A stretch of DNA of 36,221 nucleotides from Octopus bimaculoides. Its lineage: Eukaryota. How positions within the stretch are numbered: position 1 is the first letter of the stretch; the number at the start of each line of letters is the position of its first letter. The stretch is taken from assembly GCF_001194135.2 (NCBI RefSeq), contig NC_068985.1:26498016-26534236 (forward strand). The letters run 5' to 3'. Of the stretch, positions 23,601 to 33,902 are shown in pieces. The position numbers and the translations under genes were made by a program. The notes under the pieces are model-generated. The model searched no databases. It was not told the DNA's origin and saw nothing but the letters and a program-made list of their open reading frames with translations.

Positions 23601-24214
23601 CCCCCTCCTTCCCACCATCACACACAGGTGCAGACAGGCCTAATAAACATATTTTCAAAGATAAGTTTTAAGCATAAAAAGATTTTCTCTGATAATACTG
23701 GTCTACTGACATACATTTATCTTAAGTTATTAAACCATTATGTAACTGAGACATTCCACATTGTATTCTACTGACATCTTTCATTCTGACATCCCTTTCC
23801 CTCTTATCTATCCATCTTTTTACATAGTCCATACTGGTGCCATGCAGAAAGCACCCTACTGCTGCCGTGTAAAGGCATCCATGCCAGTACCACATAAAAG
23901 TAGAGTATTTTGTTGAGTCAAAAGTTTTACAATATTTTGGTAACTTACCTTCTTTATTCATCAAGTTACAACAAAAGCAGCCTAGCATTCAAACTAGAGG
24001 CCATCGTGTTGCACCATCTGAAGCCACCTTTCTGTTGTGGGGATAATAGTAATAATGGTACACCCCTCCAACATGACAAGTTGTATATGCTAGTCACTAT
24101 AAATAAGGTGATGTTGGTCAGTATAAAGAGAGAGTACATAGTAGATGGTCATAGATTGTCATGGTCTTACTTGTCTTACTGCTATACTAGAGTGGGCATT
24201 ATAACAATTCGACA

Positions 24215-24700
24215 TTAAGGATTACAACACTTTCTTCCAGTTCTTGAGCCCATGCTAATACTAGCACTTGCCCTTCAAGGCAAAGAACTCCTTCACTGAA
24301 ACTTCCACCTTTTCTTAGTTGATGAAAGGTCACAAGTGCAAGAACTGAGCTGTAGATTAGTACAAGTAATAATCTGAGGGAGCTAGACCCAGACTATATG
24401 CTGGGTGCTGCATCAATTCAATTCCCTCTGGTTCCTGGAGTTTATTCCAGGTCTTTCTAGCAGTATGAGATACTGTGTTGTCTTGCTGTAGAAGAGCTCA
24501 CTTTCTGTTAACCAGTACTGGATATTTTTCCCACACAATGGCATAAATTTGCTTCAGCTGTTCAGAGTACAGGTTGGAATTGATGGTTTGACTCTCTGGA
24601 ATGAACTTGTAATGAATGATCCCCGCATAATTCCACTGGACACAGAGCATCACCTTGTGTTTGAAATTCCTATGTTTGGTTACAAGTTTTAGAAGCTGGC
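24215..24700 (-). mobile_element. Second mariner transposase relic (catalytic domain half)
   Basis: - strand reads KHKVMLCVQWNYAGIIHYKFIPESQTINSNLYSEQLKQIYAIVWEKYPVLVNRK*ALLQQDNTVSHTARKT..LQEPEGIELMQHPAYSLGLAP..DY, then VEVSVKEFFA. Confidence 0.9.
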
Positions 24701-24739
24701 TTTGTTTAACCATTGCTTATGTACATTAGGATTGTGGAT

Positions 24740-25045
24740 GGATGAAAGGCAAAGTCAACCTTGGCAGAGTTTGAACCTAGAACGTGCAGACAGACAAAGT
24801 ACCACAAAGCATTTTTTCCAGTGTGCTAATGATTCTGCCGGCTCACTGCCTTTTCAAATTTTGGCACAATGCCAGCAATTTTGGGGGAGGGGTTAAGTCG
24901 GTTACATTTACCCCAGTGCTCAACTGATACTTATTTTATCAACTCCAAAAGGATGAAAGCAGTATTTGAACTCAGAACAGCTAGAAGAAATGCTGCTAAG
25001 CATTTTGTCCAACACAAAAATTATTCTGCTAGCTCCCCATCTTAA
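24740..25045 (-). mobile_element. Two head-to-tail SINE copies (core family; 24740-24851 and 24852-25045)
   Basis: Both carry ggatgaaaggcaaagtc/gaatttgaactcagaac/gctaagcatttt. They abut the mariner relic. Confidence 0.8.
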
Positions 25046-25654
25046 TAATAATCATATGTAATAATTATGATAAAGATTACAACATCAGCAACAAATAATT
25101 GTCAAATTTTATGTATAAAGCTCAACATTAAGTTGGCTTCACTTAGATTAAGAAAGCAGTTGAGAATTAGAACACTTAGAAGAGAATGTTTTACTATCTC
25201 TGAATGAGTAAATATACTGTAAGTTGAAGCAGATGGTAGTAATTATCAGTGCCAACAAAATGAGGTACAAATCTTGAAAGAATTTTAGATTGTAGTGAAG
25301 CTACTTTGCAGATGTAGCTAGTTTAAATCATCTTTCGTAAACATGACATTAAACATTGTTTGTCACTATTATTTATTATTTTTTTCTATTTTAGTAATTT
25401 TTTAAAATCTTCAACTGTTGTTAAGAAGCAATATTGTTGTCCCAGATACAATAGTATCTTCTGCAGGGAGAAGATTTATCTCACCAGTTAATTTTGTGAA
25501 ATCAGAGTTTAGTACTGGTTCTTAATTGTTCCTTGACGCTTTTAACTCTTTTGGTATCAACTTTTCTGAGAACTATATTTGTTTTTTTATCCTAAATAAA
25601 AAACCTTCTGATCAAAATTCGAAAATTTTATGTGATGTTCCAAACATCAGCTTC

Positions 25655-25905
25655 CTCATCATCGTCATCATTTTTTAACGTCTGATGGGTTGGACAGTTT
25701 GACCAAGGTCTGGAGAGCCAGTGGCTGCTTCAGACTCCAATCTGATCTGGCAATGTTTCTACAGCTGGATGCCTTTCCTAATGCCAACCACTCTGAGAGT
25801 GTAGTGGGTGCTTTTTACATGCCACTAGCACAAGAGCTAGTCAGGCGGGCCTGGCATCGATTACGTTTGGATAGTGCCTTTTACATGACACCAGCATGGG
25901 AGCTT
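25655..25905 (-). mobile_element. SINE 3' portion ((GAT)n-tail family)
   Basis: catcgtcatcat tail, then tttaacgtc...gggttggacagtttgacc...ctacagctggatgcc, shared with 1-249. Confidence 0.8.
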
Positions 25906-26122
25906 CTTAAAAATAAAGATATTTTACCAAATTCTTTGTTATTTTCAAAATTAATTGATACACAAGCAATGTATATCAACTGAAATATGGTAACAAAAAG
26001 GTGAAAAACATATATTTCACAAAAAGATATTGTTGTGTGCTGTGGTTTATCATAGAACAATAGAGCATGCTTTGAGAGAGATTTGGCTGCTATTTCTTGT
26101 AATTTGAAATTTTTATTTTCAG

Positions 26123-26294
26123 ACTGCTTTCATCAATGGCCAAGAAAATCAACGTAATGGAGACTGGCAAGAAGGTATAAAATACATAGAGGAAGCTATC
26201 AATGAGTTCATCAAAGAAGAGGAAGATTGCCGAATTCTCTGTGAAGGTCCTTATGATCATGAAAGTTTCCCAGAGTTTATCAATGCAATATCAG
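26123..26294 (+). CDS. CRTAP: CRTAP-like (leprecan/P3H family, non-catalytic) internal exon, phase 0 to 1
   Basis: ttttattttcAG acceptor, GT donor at 26295. Peptide TAFINGQENQRNGDWQEGIKYIEEAINEFIKEEEDCRILCEGPYDHESFPEFINAIS aligns without gaps to the CRTAP segment SLFIRAV...[23 protein letters not shown] (recalled from memory). Confidence 0.9.
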
Positions 26295-26317
26295 GTCTGT
26301 GGAGTCTTCATTGTTTC

Positions 26318-26351
<34 letters not shown>
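26318..26351. repeat. (TAA)n microsatellite about 24 nt downstream of the exon donor
   Basis: Direct observation. Confidence 0.95.
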
Positions 26352-26352
<1 letters not shown>

Positions 26353-26394
26353 TAATTCTGGTTTTATTGGTCACAAGGGCAATAATAATAATAA

Positions 26395-27430
26395 TCTTTT
26401 CTACTAAAGGCACAAGGCCTGAAATTTTGTGGGAGGGGACAAGTCAATTACATTGACCCCCAGTGTTCCACTGGTACTTATTGTATTGACTCTGAAAGGA
26501 TGAAAAGGAAAGTCAATCTCAGCAGAATTTGAACTCAGAACATGAAGATTGACAAAATGCTGCTAAGCATTTCGCCTGGTGTTATTTCTTTACTACCCAC
26601 AAGGAGCTACACACAGAGGGGACAAACAAGGACAGACAAACGGATTAAGTCGATTATATCGACTCCCAGTGCGTAACTGGTACTTATTTAATCGACCCCC
26701 CGAAAGGATGAAAGGCAAAGTCGACCTCGGTGGAATTTGAACTCGGAACGTAGCGGCAGACGAAATACCGCTAAGCATTTTGCCCGGAGTGCTAACGTTT
26801 CTGCCAGCTCACCGCCTTAATAATAATTGCCACATTAATAATAATAATAGTAATAATAATAATGATTTCAAATTTTTGCACAAGGCCAGAAATTTCAGGT
26901 GTGGGTTTAAGTCAATTAAATTGACCCAGTGCTCAACTGATGCTTATTTTATCAACCCTGAAAGGGTGAAAGGCAAAGTCAGTTTCAGTGGAATTTGAAC
27001 ACCAAACATAAGGATGGATGAAATGCCATTAAGCATTTTGCCCAGACTGCTAATGATTCTGCCTGGTTGCTGTCTTAATAATCCTTTCTACTATAGGCAC
27101 AAGGCCTGGAAATTTGGGGGAGGAGGATAGTCGACGACATGAACCCCAGTACTCGACTGGTACTTAATTTATCAACCCCAAAAGGATGAAAGGCAAAGCT
27201 AACCTTGGTGAAATTTGAACTCACAACATAATGCTGCTAAGCATTTTTCATGATGCTCTAATAATTCTGTCAGTTCATTGCCATAATGATCCTTTCTACT
27301 AAAAGCACAGGGCCTGAAGTTTGGTGGAGGGAGATAGTCGATTACATCGACTGGTACTTAATTTATCAACCCCAAAAATGATGAAAGACAAAGTCGACCT
27401 TGGCAGAATTTGAACTGCCACTAGGCATAT
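26395..27430 (-). mobile_element. Array of five head-to-tail tRNA-derived SINEs (about 26395-26582, 26583-26818, 26863-27078, 27080-27285, 27288-27425)
   Basis: Each has the reverse complement of the gcctttcatcctt...agtaccag core. The 26583-26818 copy has an A box (TGGCAGAAACG), a B box (GAGTTCAAATTCC) and intact CpGs. Confidence 0.92.
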
Positions 27431-27619
27431 CAATGAGGTGGTATGATTTTTGTCTGAAGTCTTTCAATATGATGTCTGGCCTATTTGCATCTATCTTTCT
27501 GTCAGTTTGAATGGTGAAATTCCAGAGGAGTGAGATGTTCTTATTATCATTATTATTATTATTATTTATTTTTTTTTGGTAGCTGATAAAAAAAAAAGAG
27601 TTTGTGGTATATCTCTTTA

Positions 27620-27765
27620 TTCTAAAATTCCACCAGATTCAGTATTACTTCCTATCTATCTGCGGTTGATAAAATGAGGAGTAGTTTAGTACTGAGATTA
27701 GTTAAATCAGCCATGTCTCTTCCACAAATTTGTGACCTTATGGCTATGTTAGAAAAAAGAAATCC
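27620..27765 (+). mobile_element. Old SINE copy (core family) in sense orientation
   Basis: aaattccaccag...gttgataaaatgag...caaatttgtgaccttatggctatgttagaaa; degenerate. Confidence 0.55.
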
Positions 27766-27972
27766 TTTCTATCATAGGCATAAGGTCTGAAATTTAGGGG
27801 AGCGGGATAGTCAATTATTTTGACCCCTGTACTCAACTTGTACTTATTTTATCAACCCTGAGAGGATGTAAGGCTAAGTCAACCTTGGTGGAATTTGAAC
27901 TCAGAATGTAAAGACAGGTAAAATGATGCTAAGCATTTCGCCTGTGTGCTAACATTTCTGCCAGCTTGCCAC
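27762..27972 (-). mobile_element. tRNA-derived SINE (core family), full length
   Basis: cctttctatcataggcataagg...gaatttgaactcagaa...gctaacatttctgccagcttgcc. Confidence 0.88.
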
Positions 27973-27983
27973 TTTATACCAGC

Positions 27984-27984
<1 letters not shown>

Positions 27985-28038
<54 letters not shown>
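27985..28038. repeat. (TAA)18 microsatellite
   Basis: Direct observation. Confidence 0.97.
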
Positions 28039-28039
<1 letters not shown>

Positions 28040-28041
<2 letters not shown>

Positions 28042-28380
28042 GGCTTCTCCACATTGAGAGGTCACAGCTCTGGTACAATGGACATGTGATAAGGATTTTT
28101 CAGGGAAGAATTGCGAGATGGATTCTTCAAGTCAAGCCAACTGGCAGAAGATCTAGGGGTAGACCAAGAATGAGATGGATGGGTAATATCCATTGACTTG
28201 GTTGTAGTTGATTACACTTGAGAGTCTGGTCAGAAAGTCTCATGATGGTTGCTTTTGATAGGCCCATGTGGAGGAGGAGTCTGAGGACTCTACTGTCATG
28301 ACTCTCCCAGGTATCGGGGGTGGAGAAGATGGATGGAAGGACATTGCTGGTTCTCTCTTGTTTGCCAGAGGGGCATCAAA
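28040..28380 (+). mobile_element. RTE-clade LINE 3' coding fragment
   Basis: LLHIERSQLWYNGHVIRIFQGRIARWILQVKPTGRRSRGRPRMRWMGNI matches the RTE C-terminal (QLRW.GHV.RM...R.RGRP..RW) motif. Confidence 0.85.
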
Positions 28381-29009
28381 TGAGGAAATTGCAAAGACAG
28401 GTTACAATTTGTGTAGGGGTTTACGTAAAATTAGGTGAGATGGGGTGGGAAAAATGAAATAAAATGTATACTATTTTTACTTATCAAGAGTCATTCACCT
28501 CTTGATAAGTTCACTGGAGGAGAGTGCTTTCGTCTCCACCCTCACATTACTTTTCAAGTGAGACTTGAAAAGGTCGATGAGGGCTTGACCAAAAAGAAAG
28601 GCGTCTGCTTTGTATCTGTTGCATCCACAAATATCAACCTTAGGATTCACATTGTGTGCTTATTCACAAAAAAAAAGAAAAAAAAAAGAAATCTATTAAC
28701 TCTCCAATTCCATTCCTTCTTTCATATTCAGAGTAGATAGGGTACAAAGAGCTATTTAGTTTACTTTTTTTTATTTGAATATGAAGGTGCCGTTACATGT
28801 GAGAAGTGTAAATCAAAGTGTCTGATTTAAACATAATTAGTTGCAAGATTGTATTGAGAAAAAATATTTACTTATTTATTTTTGTATGCCAAAATCTGTT
28901 GAAAAGTTAGAGATTAAGAAGTGGGAAAAGTCTGAAAAAATTATATTTTTAACAAATGGAAGAAAATAAAGCATAAATCTCTACCTTCATATTGTTTATC
29001 TTATTTCAG

Positions 29010-29135
29010 AGCACTATATCAGTGTTTTAAAATGCCAGGATAAATGTGAAGAAAAGCTAAGCTTACTTTATGGTGAGAAAGTAAAAGACTTCTTCCCAGA
29101 AATGTATAACTATTTACAGTTTGGTTACTACAAAT
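29010..29135 (+). CDS. CRTAP: CRTAP-like internal exon, phase 1 to 1
   Basis: tcttatttcAG acceptor, T|GTAAGT donor. Peptide (E)HYISVLKCQDKCEEKLSLLYGEKVKDFFPEMYNYLQFGYYK matches the family motif HY.EVL.C...CE..L...MY.YLQF.YYK. Confidence 0.95.
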
Positions 29136-29317
29136 GTAAGTATCTGCTATAAGCATTTATAACATTACATTTTAAGTTTAGATGCGTGCATTTATGTGGC
29201 TTTCTGTATATCCGTGTGTGGCTGGGTGAATTTGTGTGCTTCTATATGCCTTTACTTTGTGTGTGTGTGTGTGTGTGTGTATGTGTGTGTGTGTATGTAT
29301 GTATGTGTGTGTGTATA

Positions 29318-29425
29318 CTTTTACTTGTTTCAGTCATTTGACTGCGGCCATGCTGGAGCACCACCTTTAGTCAAAGAAATCAACTCCAGGACTTATTCTT
29401 TGTAAGCCTAGTACTTATTCTAACC
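29318..29425 (-). mobile_element. 5'-truncated composite SINE (3' end only)
   Basis: ttttacttgtttcagtcatttgactgcggccatgctggagcacc...gtaagcctagtacttattct is nearly identical to 10990-11095. Confidence 0.88.
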
Positions 29426-29929
29426 ATATGATTTCAGGTTTGATCCTACTGTTCAGCTCCTAGTGGTAAACGTATTTTGCTGTAGCCTGGGCTGACCGAT
29501 ACCTTGTAAGGGAATTTGGTGATAGAAAATACAGGAAGTCTGTTGTATGTGTGCAAATCTGCATGAATGTTTATATTTCACACTTGTCAATGCTTGAGTG
29601 AAAAGATGGTGATGTTGATATTCCTTGTTGACATTTTGACTGGTTGCTTTGCACTTTTGAAGGCTTGTAGAATAAAGAATTCTCTTATTTGAGAAACAAA
29701 TAAGAATTGGCGACAAGAGGATCCAGGTATAAAATCCTATCTGAAATAAGTCTCCATCCAAACCCATGCTCCAATGGAAATAATGGTTATTAGACAAACA
29801 AATGTGTGTGTGTGTGTTTAAAATGAATGTGTGTGTATAGACATGCACTTATACACATTATACTTATGAGATTGTTTCTCTTTTTGTTTGTGTAGAAAAT
29901 TTGTATGTGTGTATTTATGAATATTTATG

Positions 29930-30135
29930 AACATTCGTAAAAGCACTTGTGCAGTGCCACATAAAAGAACCCAGCACACCCTGTAAAGTGGTTGGTGTTA
30001 GGAATGGCATCCACCATAGAAACCATGCCAAATCAGACTGGAGTCTGATGCAGCTCCCCAGCTTGCCAGCTATGGTTACACTGTCCAACCCATGCCAGCA
30101 TGGACAACGGACGTTAAATGATGATGATGATGATG
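29930..30135 (+). mobile_element. SINE 3' portion with (GAT)n tail
   Basis: gtggttggtgttaggaatggcatcc...ccaacccatgccagcatggacaacggacgttaaatgatgatgatgatgatga. Confidence 0.85.
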
Positions 30136-30704
30136 ACTTGTATGTATGTTGGTGGGTGTACATGTATGAGTCTTGACTATCATGTAGGAAATGTGTTTGT
30201 GTGTATATAAGAGTAAGTACTACTATTTTGTATATACTTACATGTATTTATATATGTATTTTCCATTTACAAATATTCCAAGGTTATCATTAAAACTGAG
30301 TTTAATTTCTGTGAAGATTTATTGAAGATATTACTAATATATTCTTTAATGTAAGCACAAGACTTGAAAATGATGATAATGATGGTAAAGAAAGCAGTTG
30401 CTTGGAAGAATATCAGAATTATGATATATCTAACGACTGTGACTCCTATCATCATCATCATCATCATTCCCACTAATATAACTATAACCAGTAACTTTAG
30501 TATCCTTTTCATTTCCAGCACCATCAACAACATCTGCTGTTAACAGGCACTGCTATTGTACATAAAAGCTTTCATGGTGTCTCTCCTAGCTTTCATCTTT
30601 TTGGTTTGTCTTATCACTTACTGAGTTCCCTTTGATGTTTTTGTGATTAAGAGGGTGTTTGTATTAATGGTATGTAATTTGATAGCCTTTGTTTTTGATT
30701 GTAG

Positions 30705-30838
30705 TGAATGATATTCCAAATGCAGTAAAGGCTACAGCTTCTTATCTATTGTTGAAACCTGAAGATCCCACCATGTTGGAAAATAAACGGATTTATATAA
30801 AGTCTGGAATAACACCTGAAAATATTATACCTCGACCA
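30705..30838 (+). CDS. CRTAP: CRTAP-like internal exon, phase 1 to 0
   Basis: gtttttgattgtAG acceptor, GTATGT donor. Peptide (L)NDIPNAVKATASYLLLKPEDPTMLENKRIYIKSGITPENIIPRP matches LND..NA.....SYLL....D..M..N...Y.....PRP. Confidence 0.95.
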
Positions 30839-31450
30839 GTATGTATGAATTTGTTTGATGATATATATCTTTTTTTTCATTAAAATTCCTTCAGCAGTAC
30901 CAGAATTAGTCTTTAACCAAAAGTCAATTGTTGGTATTTAGAACAGATGACTTAGCCAATTGCTGAACTTTTGAACATTTTTTCCAATTTTTATTGTGTT
31001 AGTAGTTAATTAAATTTGGAAAATTCAGCTATATTTTTGGCGAGCAGGGATAGTGGTGTCATAGCTGCTCAAAATTAATCTGTATATATTTAGTAATGTT
31101 TAGTGAATGATTGTAAAAATAAGTTGAAACTTGTATTAAAGTTGCAACAACTGTAGCTAGCCATATCCTCTTCTTAACTGAATTTTCTTAGGACATGTCT
31201 GTCACCTGGACACGTTTTCTTTTGTAATACAAATTTAAGTTTACTTTCTCTTCCACTAAACACTATGTCTAAATCAGCTAAAATATTCCTCCAATATTTC
31301 TTGTTATCAAAGTTACAGATATATTCAAATATTAACAAATAGTTAAACTCAGTATAATCAATATATTGAAATGTACTTGAATAAATTAGTGTACATTATT
31401 ATGTTTAATCTATGGCGAAATCTCTTGTGCCACAGTTATATGGTTTAAAC

Positions 31451-31705
31451 CAGTGGTTTTCAACCTTTTTTTGTCTGTGAATCCTTTTGATTCTTATTTT
31501 ACTCAGATTTCCCTCCCAGACATTTGAAGTTTTAAAAAAATCTCATTATATTTTTATAATTAAATATCATTAGGAATTGTATTAAAAAATAGTTAGAATA
31601 TTTTGTGTATTATAGAAGTAAAGCAGATTTGTTGCACGTAATTTTTAACAACTAAATTTTATATGAATCCCCAAAGGCCATGTGGACCCTAATTGAGAAC
31701 TACTG
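31451..31705. mobile_element. hAT (Charlie-type) MITE
   Basis: TIRs cagtggttttcaac / attgagaactactg. Imperfect 8-bp TSD gtttaaac / gtttcaat (6 of 8 match). Confidence 0.78.
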
Positions 31706-31883
31706 GTTTCAATGAAAAGAACTCCTGGATTTTGTAATAATAGGAAATATATTTATATATTGACTGTAGAGTATTGAACTAAATGCTTTTACATAACTAT
31801 CTCATTCAATATCTCACTGTCTTGAGTTGAAATCTCCCCAGAGTCCATTTTGTCTTTCATTGCATAAAAATACATAAAGTAAT

Positions 31884-32103
31884 CTCTTCTACTCTAGGCA
31901 CAAGGCCTGAAATTTTTGGGAAGCGGTAGGGGGGTAGTCGATTAGATCAACTCCAGTGCGCAACTGGTACTTAATTTATTGACCCAGAAAGTATGAAAGG
32001 CAAAGTCGACTTTGGCAGAATTTGAACTCAGAACGTAAAGACAGACGAAATATCACTAAGCATTTTGCCCGGTGTGCTAACGTTTTTGCCAGCTCGCCAC
32101 CTG
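31884..32103 (-). mobile_element. Full-length tRNA-derived SINE with perfect 17-bp TSD
   Basis: AAAATACATAAAGTAAT at 31867-31883 and 32104-32120. A/B-box head at the right end. Confidence 0.95.
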
Positions 32104-32262
32104 AAAATACATAAAGTAATGTAATAGAACTGACTGGCAATATGATAGACTCAACTAAGTTGACTGCACCTTTCACCTTTATATTTAAACAAAATTAGTC
32201 TTTTTTTATATGTATAACCATGAAGTAATTCTATGTACTTACATGTCTATTTTTAATTGCAG

Positions 32263-32457
32263 GAAGCATTGAAGTATTTCACACATACAAAACAGATAAA
32301 AAACATACTGCAATATGTCGCGGAGAAATATGTTTCTGCTGTTGATGATGAAGGTGAAGTAGATGATGTAAGTGATGCAAGTCACTTAGCTAGTCCCAAA
32401 GAAAATCTTATTGTTGAGTCGAAACCTCCAGCATCTGTTTTAGTGTCATCTCAATAG
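32263..32457 (+). CDS. CRTAP: CRTAP-like probable last coding exon (phase 0), ending at TAG
   Basis: tttttaattgcAG acceptor. Peptide EALKYFTHTKQIKNILQYVAEKYVSAVDDEGEVDDVSDASHLASPKENLIVESKPPASVLVSSQ*. EA..YF and DDEGEV match the CRTAP C-terminus. The 3' boundary is uncertain because of an internal GTAAGT at 32368. Confidence 0.85.
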   Translation, partial: EALKYFTHTKQIKNILQYVAEKYVSAVDDEGEVDDVSDASHLASPKENLIVESKPPASVLVSSQ

Positions 32458-32640
32458 ATTTTGCTTTTAACAGTTACTATGTTTACCATTGTCCAGACCA
32501 ATCTTTCTTTTAACCCTTTTCATCAATTTTCTAAAGTATCTGAAAAGAACCATGCATGTTTAATTAACATTAATCTATTAATATAATTATCTCCTAATAT
32601 ATTTTCTAACTATATATTACCTTATCTTTATCAATGCCTT

Positions 32641-32694
32641 TTCTTTGTCGCATCTATTTTCTTTGTCGCATCTATTTTCTTTGTCGCATCTATT
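32641..32694. repeat. Perfect tandem repeat, 18 bp x3 (TTCTTTGTCGCATCTATT)
   Basis: Direct observation. Confidence 0.95.
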
Positions 32695-32744
32695 TTCCTA
32701 TATAACTGTTTATCAGTGGCCAAATTAAGTATCTGTAAGTAATG

Positions 32745-32750
32745 AATAAA
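32745..32750 (+). terminator. Candidate polyadenylation signal AATAAA for the CRTAP-like gene
   Basis: First AATAAA after the stop at 32457, followed by a GT-containing downstream segment. Confidence 0.45.
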
Positions 32751-33419
32751 CAGTTGTGTACAATCGTTAAGTCTGTTAAATCATTGAGTGACCTCATCAG
32801 TCCTGTGTTGACGGAGCCTCTAAATGATTGCTTGATTTACAAGAAGTAATAACCAAATCTCACTCAAATCACACCCTACTATCTTAAAGAAATGACCACA
32901 TAGGGTGTTGGAGTACATTATGATGGTTATGGCAGGAATGCTTTGGTCATAATTGTTCTGCTCAATCAGAGCCAACTTTGGGCCAAACACTAACAGCAAC
33001 AAAGCACTACAATTGTTTTGTTGCATTTCTAAGTTTGACACTTCTATGTCCCTCAGTACATCTGTTTGTTTGATATAGCTACCAGATCTTTTGGTATTTT
33101 ATGAAGGAGAAAATGTCCCTCCCACCTCCTTTATGTTATGAGACAAAAGCCAAATCCTAACAGTCTTATGTACTCCTGAAAACAAGGAAAATAGGTTATC
33201 TTACTACTAACTGGTGTATGCTTTAGAATCATATATATTTGTATCTACCCATAGCGCTACAGAGAGTATAAATGACCTTGTATTTTAAATTTGACTTGCC
33301 CATTTAAATATTTTTTACATTATAATTTACAATAACCTATTTTTGCCACTGATACTCACTTCAGCTGTTGATGATGCAATCATTTCTATATTTAAATCTA
33401 GTGTTATATGTTCTGTCTT

Positions 33420-33452
<33 letters not shown>

Positions 33453-33589
33453 ACCTTTCAGTTCTACTTCTGTATTTCTTAATCTTTCTATTGTCTCGGT
33501 TTGAAATTTATTTAGAAAAATCTCTTAAAAATTTCTTTGTACTTATTTCCTTTTGTGAGATTTTGAGTCCATAAATAGAAATTTGCAAA

Positions 33590-33815
33590 TATTGTGCCAT
33601 ACGCTAGACCCATTAGACAATATGCTTTGCAGTATTTTTTCCTGGTTCTTTACTCTCTAAGTTCAGATCTTGCTGGTATCCATTTCACTTTTCACCTTTT
33701 TAGTGCTGATAAAATAAATACCAGTCAGACATTAGGGTTAATACAATCAACTGTTTTTGCTCCAACCACAACCCCCTCCCCTCAGAATTGCTGGTTTTGT
33801 GCCTAAATCACTAGC
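33590..33815 (+). mobile_element. Old SINE (core family), sense orientation
   Basis: ctctaagttcagatcttgctg...gataaaataaataccag...cctcagaattgctggttttgtgcc. Confidence 0.65.
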
Positions 33816-33902
33816 CATTATTATTATCATCATCATAATTATTTTACTATTACTATTGTTATTATCATTATTGTTGTTGTTGTTCTTCTTATTATTATTA
33901 TG

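Noticed and set aside
23828-23915. HTG...KAPYCC as a C2H2 zinc-finger linker relic
   Set aside because: Cys/His spacing is wrong and the frame stops quickly.
26760-26818. tRNA genes suggested by A/B boxes (also at 11330-11378, 14355-14420, 33903-33990)
   Set aside because: No cloverleaf can be completed and the boxes continue directly into SINE body sequence.
26395-27985. CRISPR-like or tandem-gene interpretation of the regularly repeated about 200-bp units
   Set aside because: The units are diverged, dispersed SINE copies with Pol III boxes. There are no identical short repeats with unique spacers and no cas genes, and the DNA is eukaryotic.
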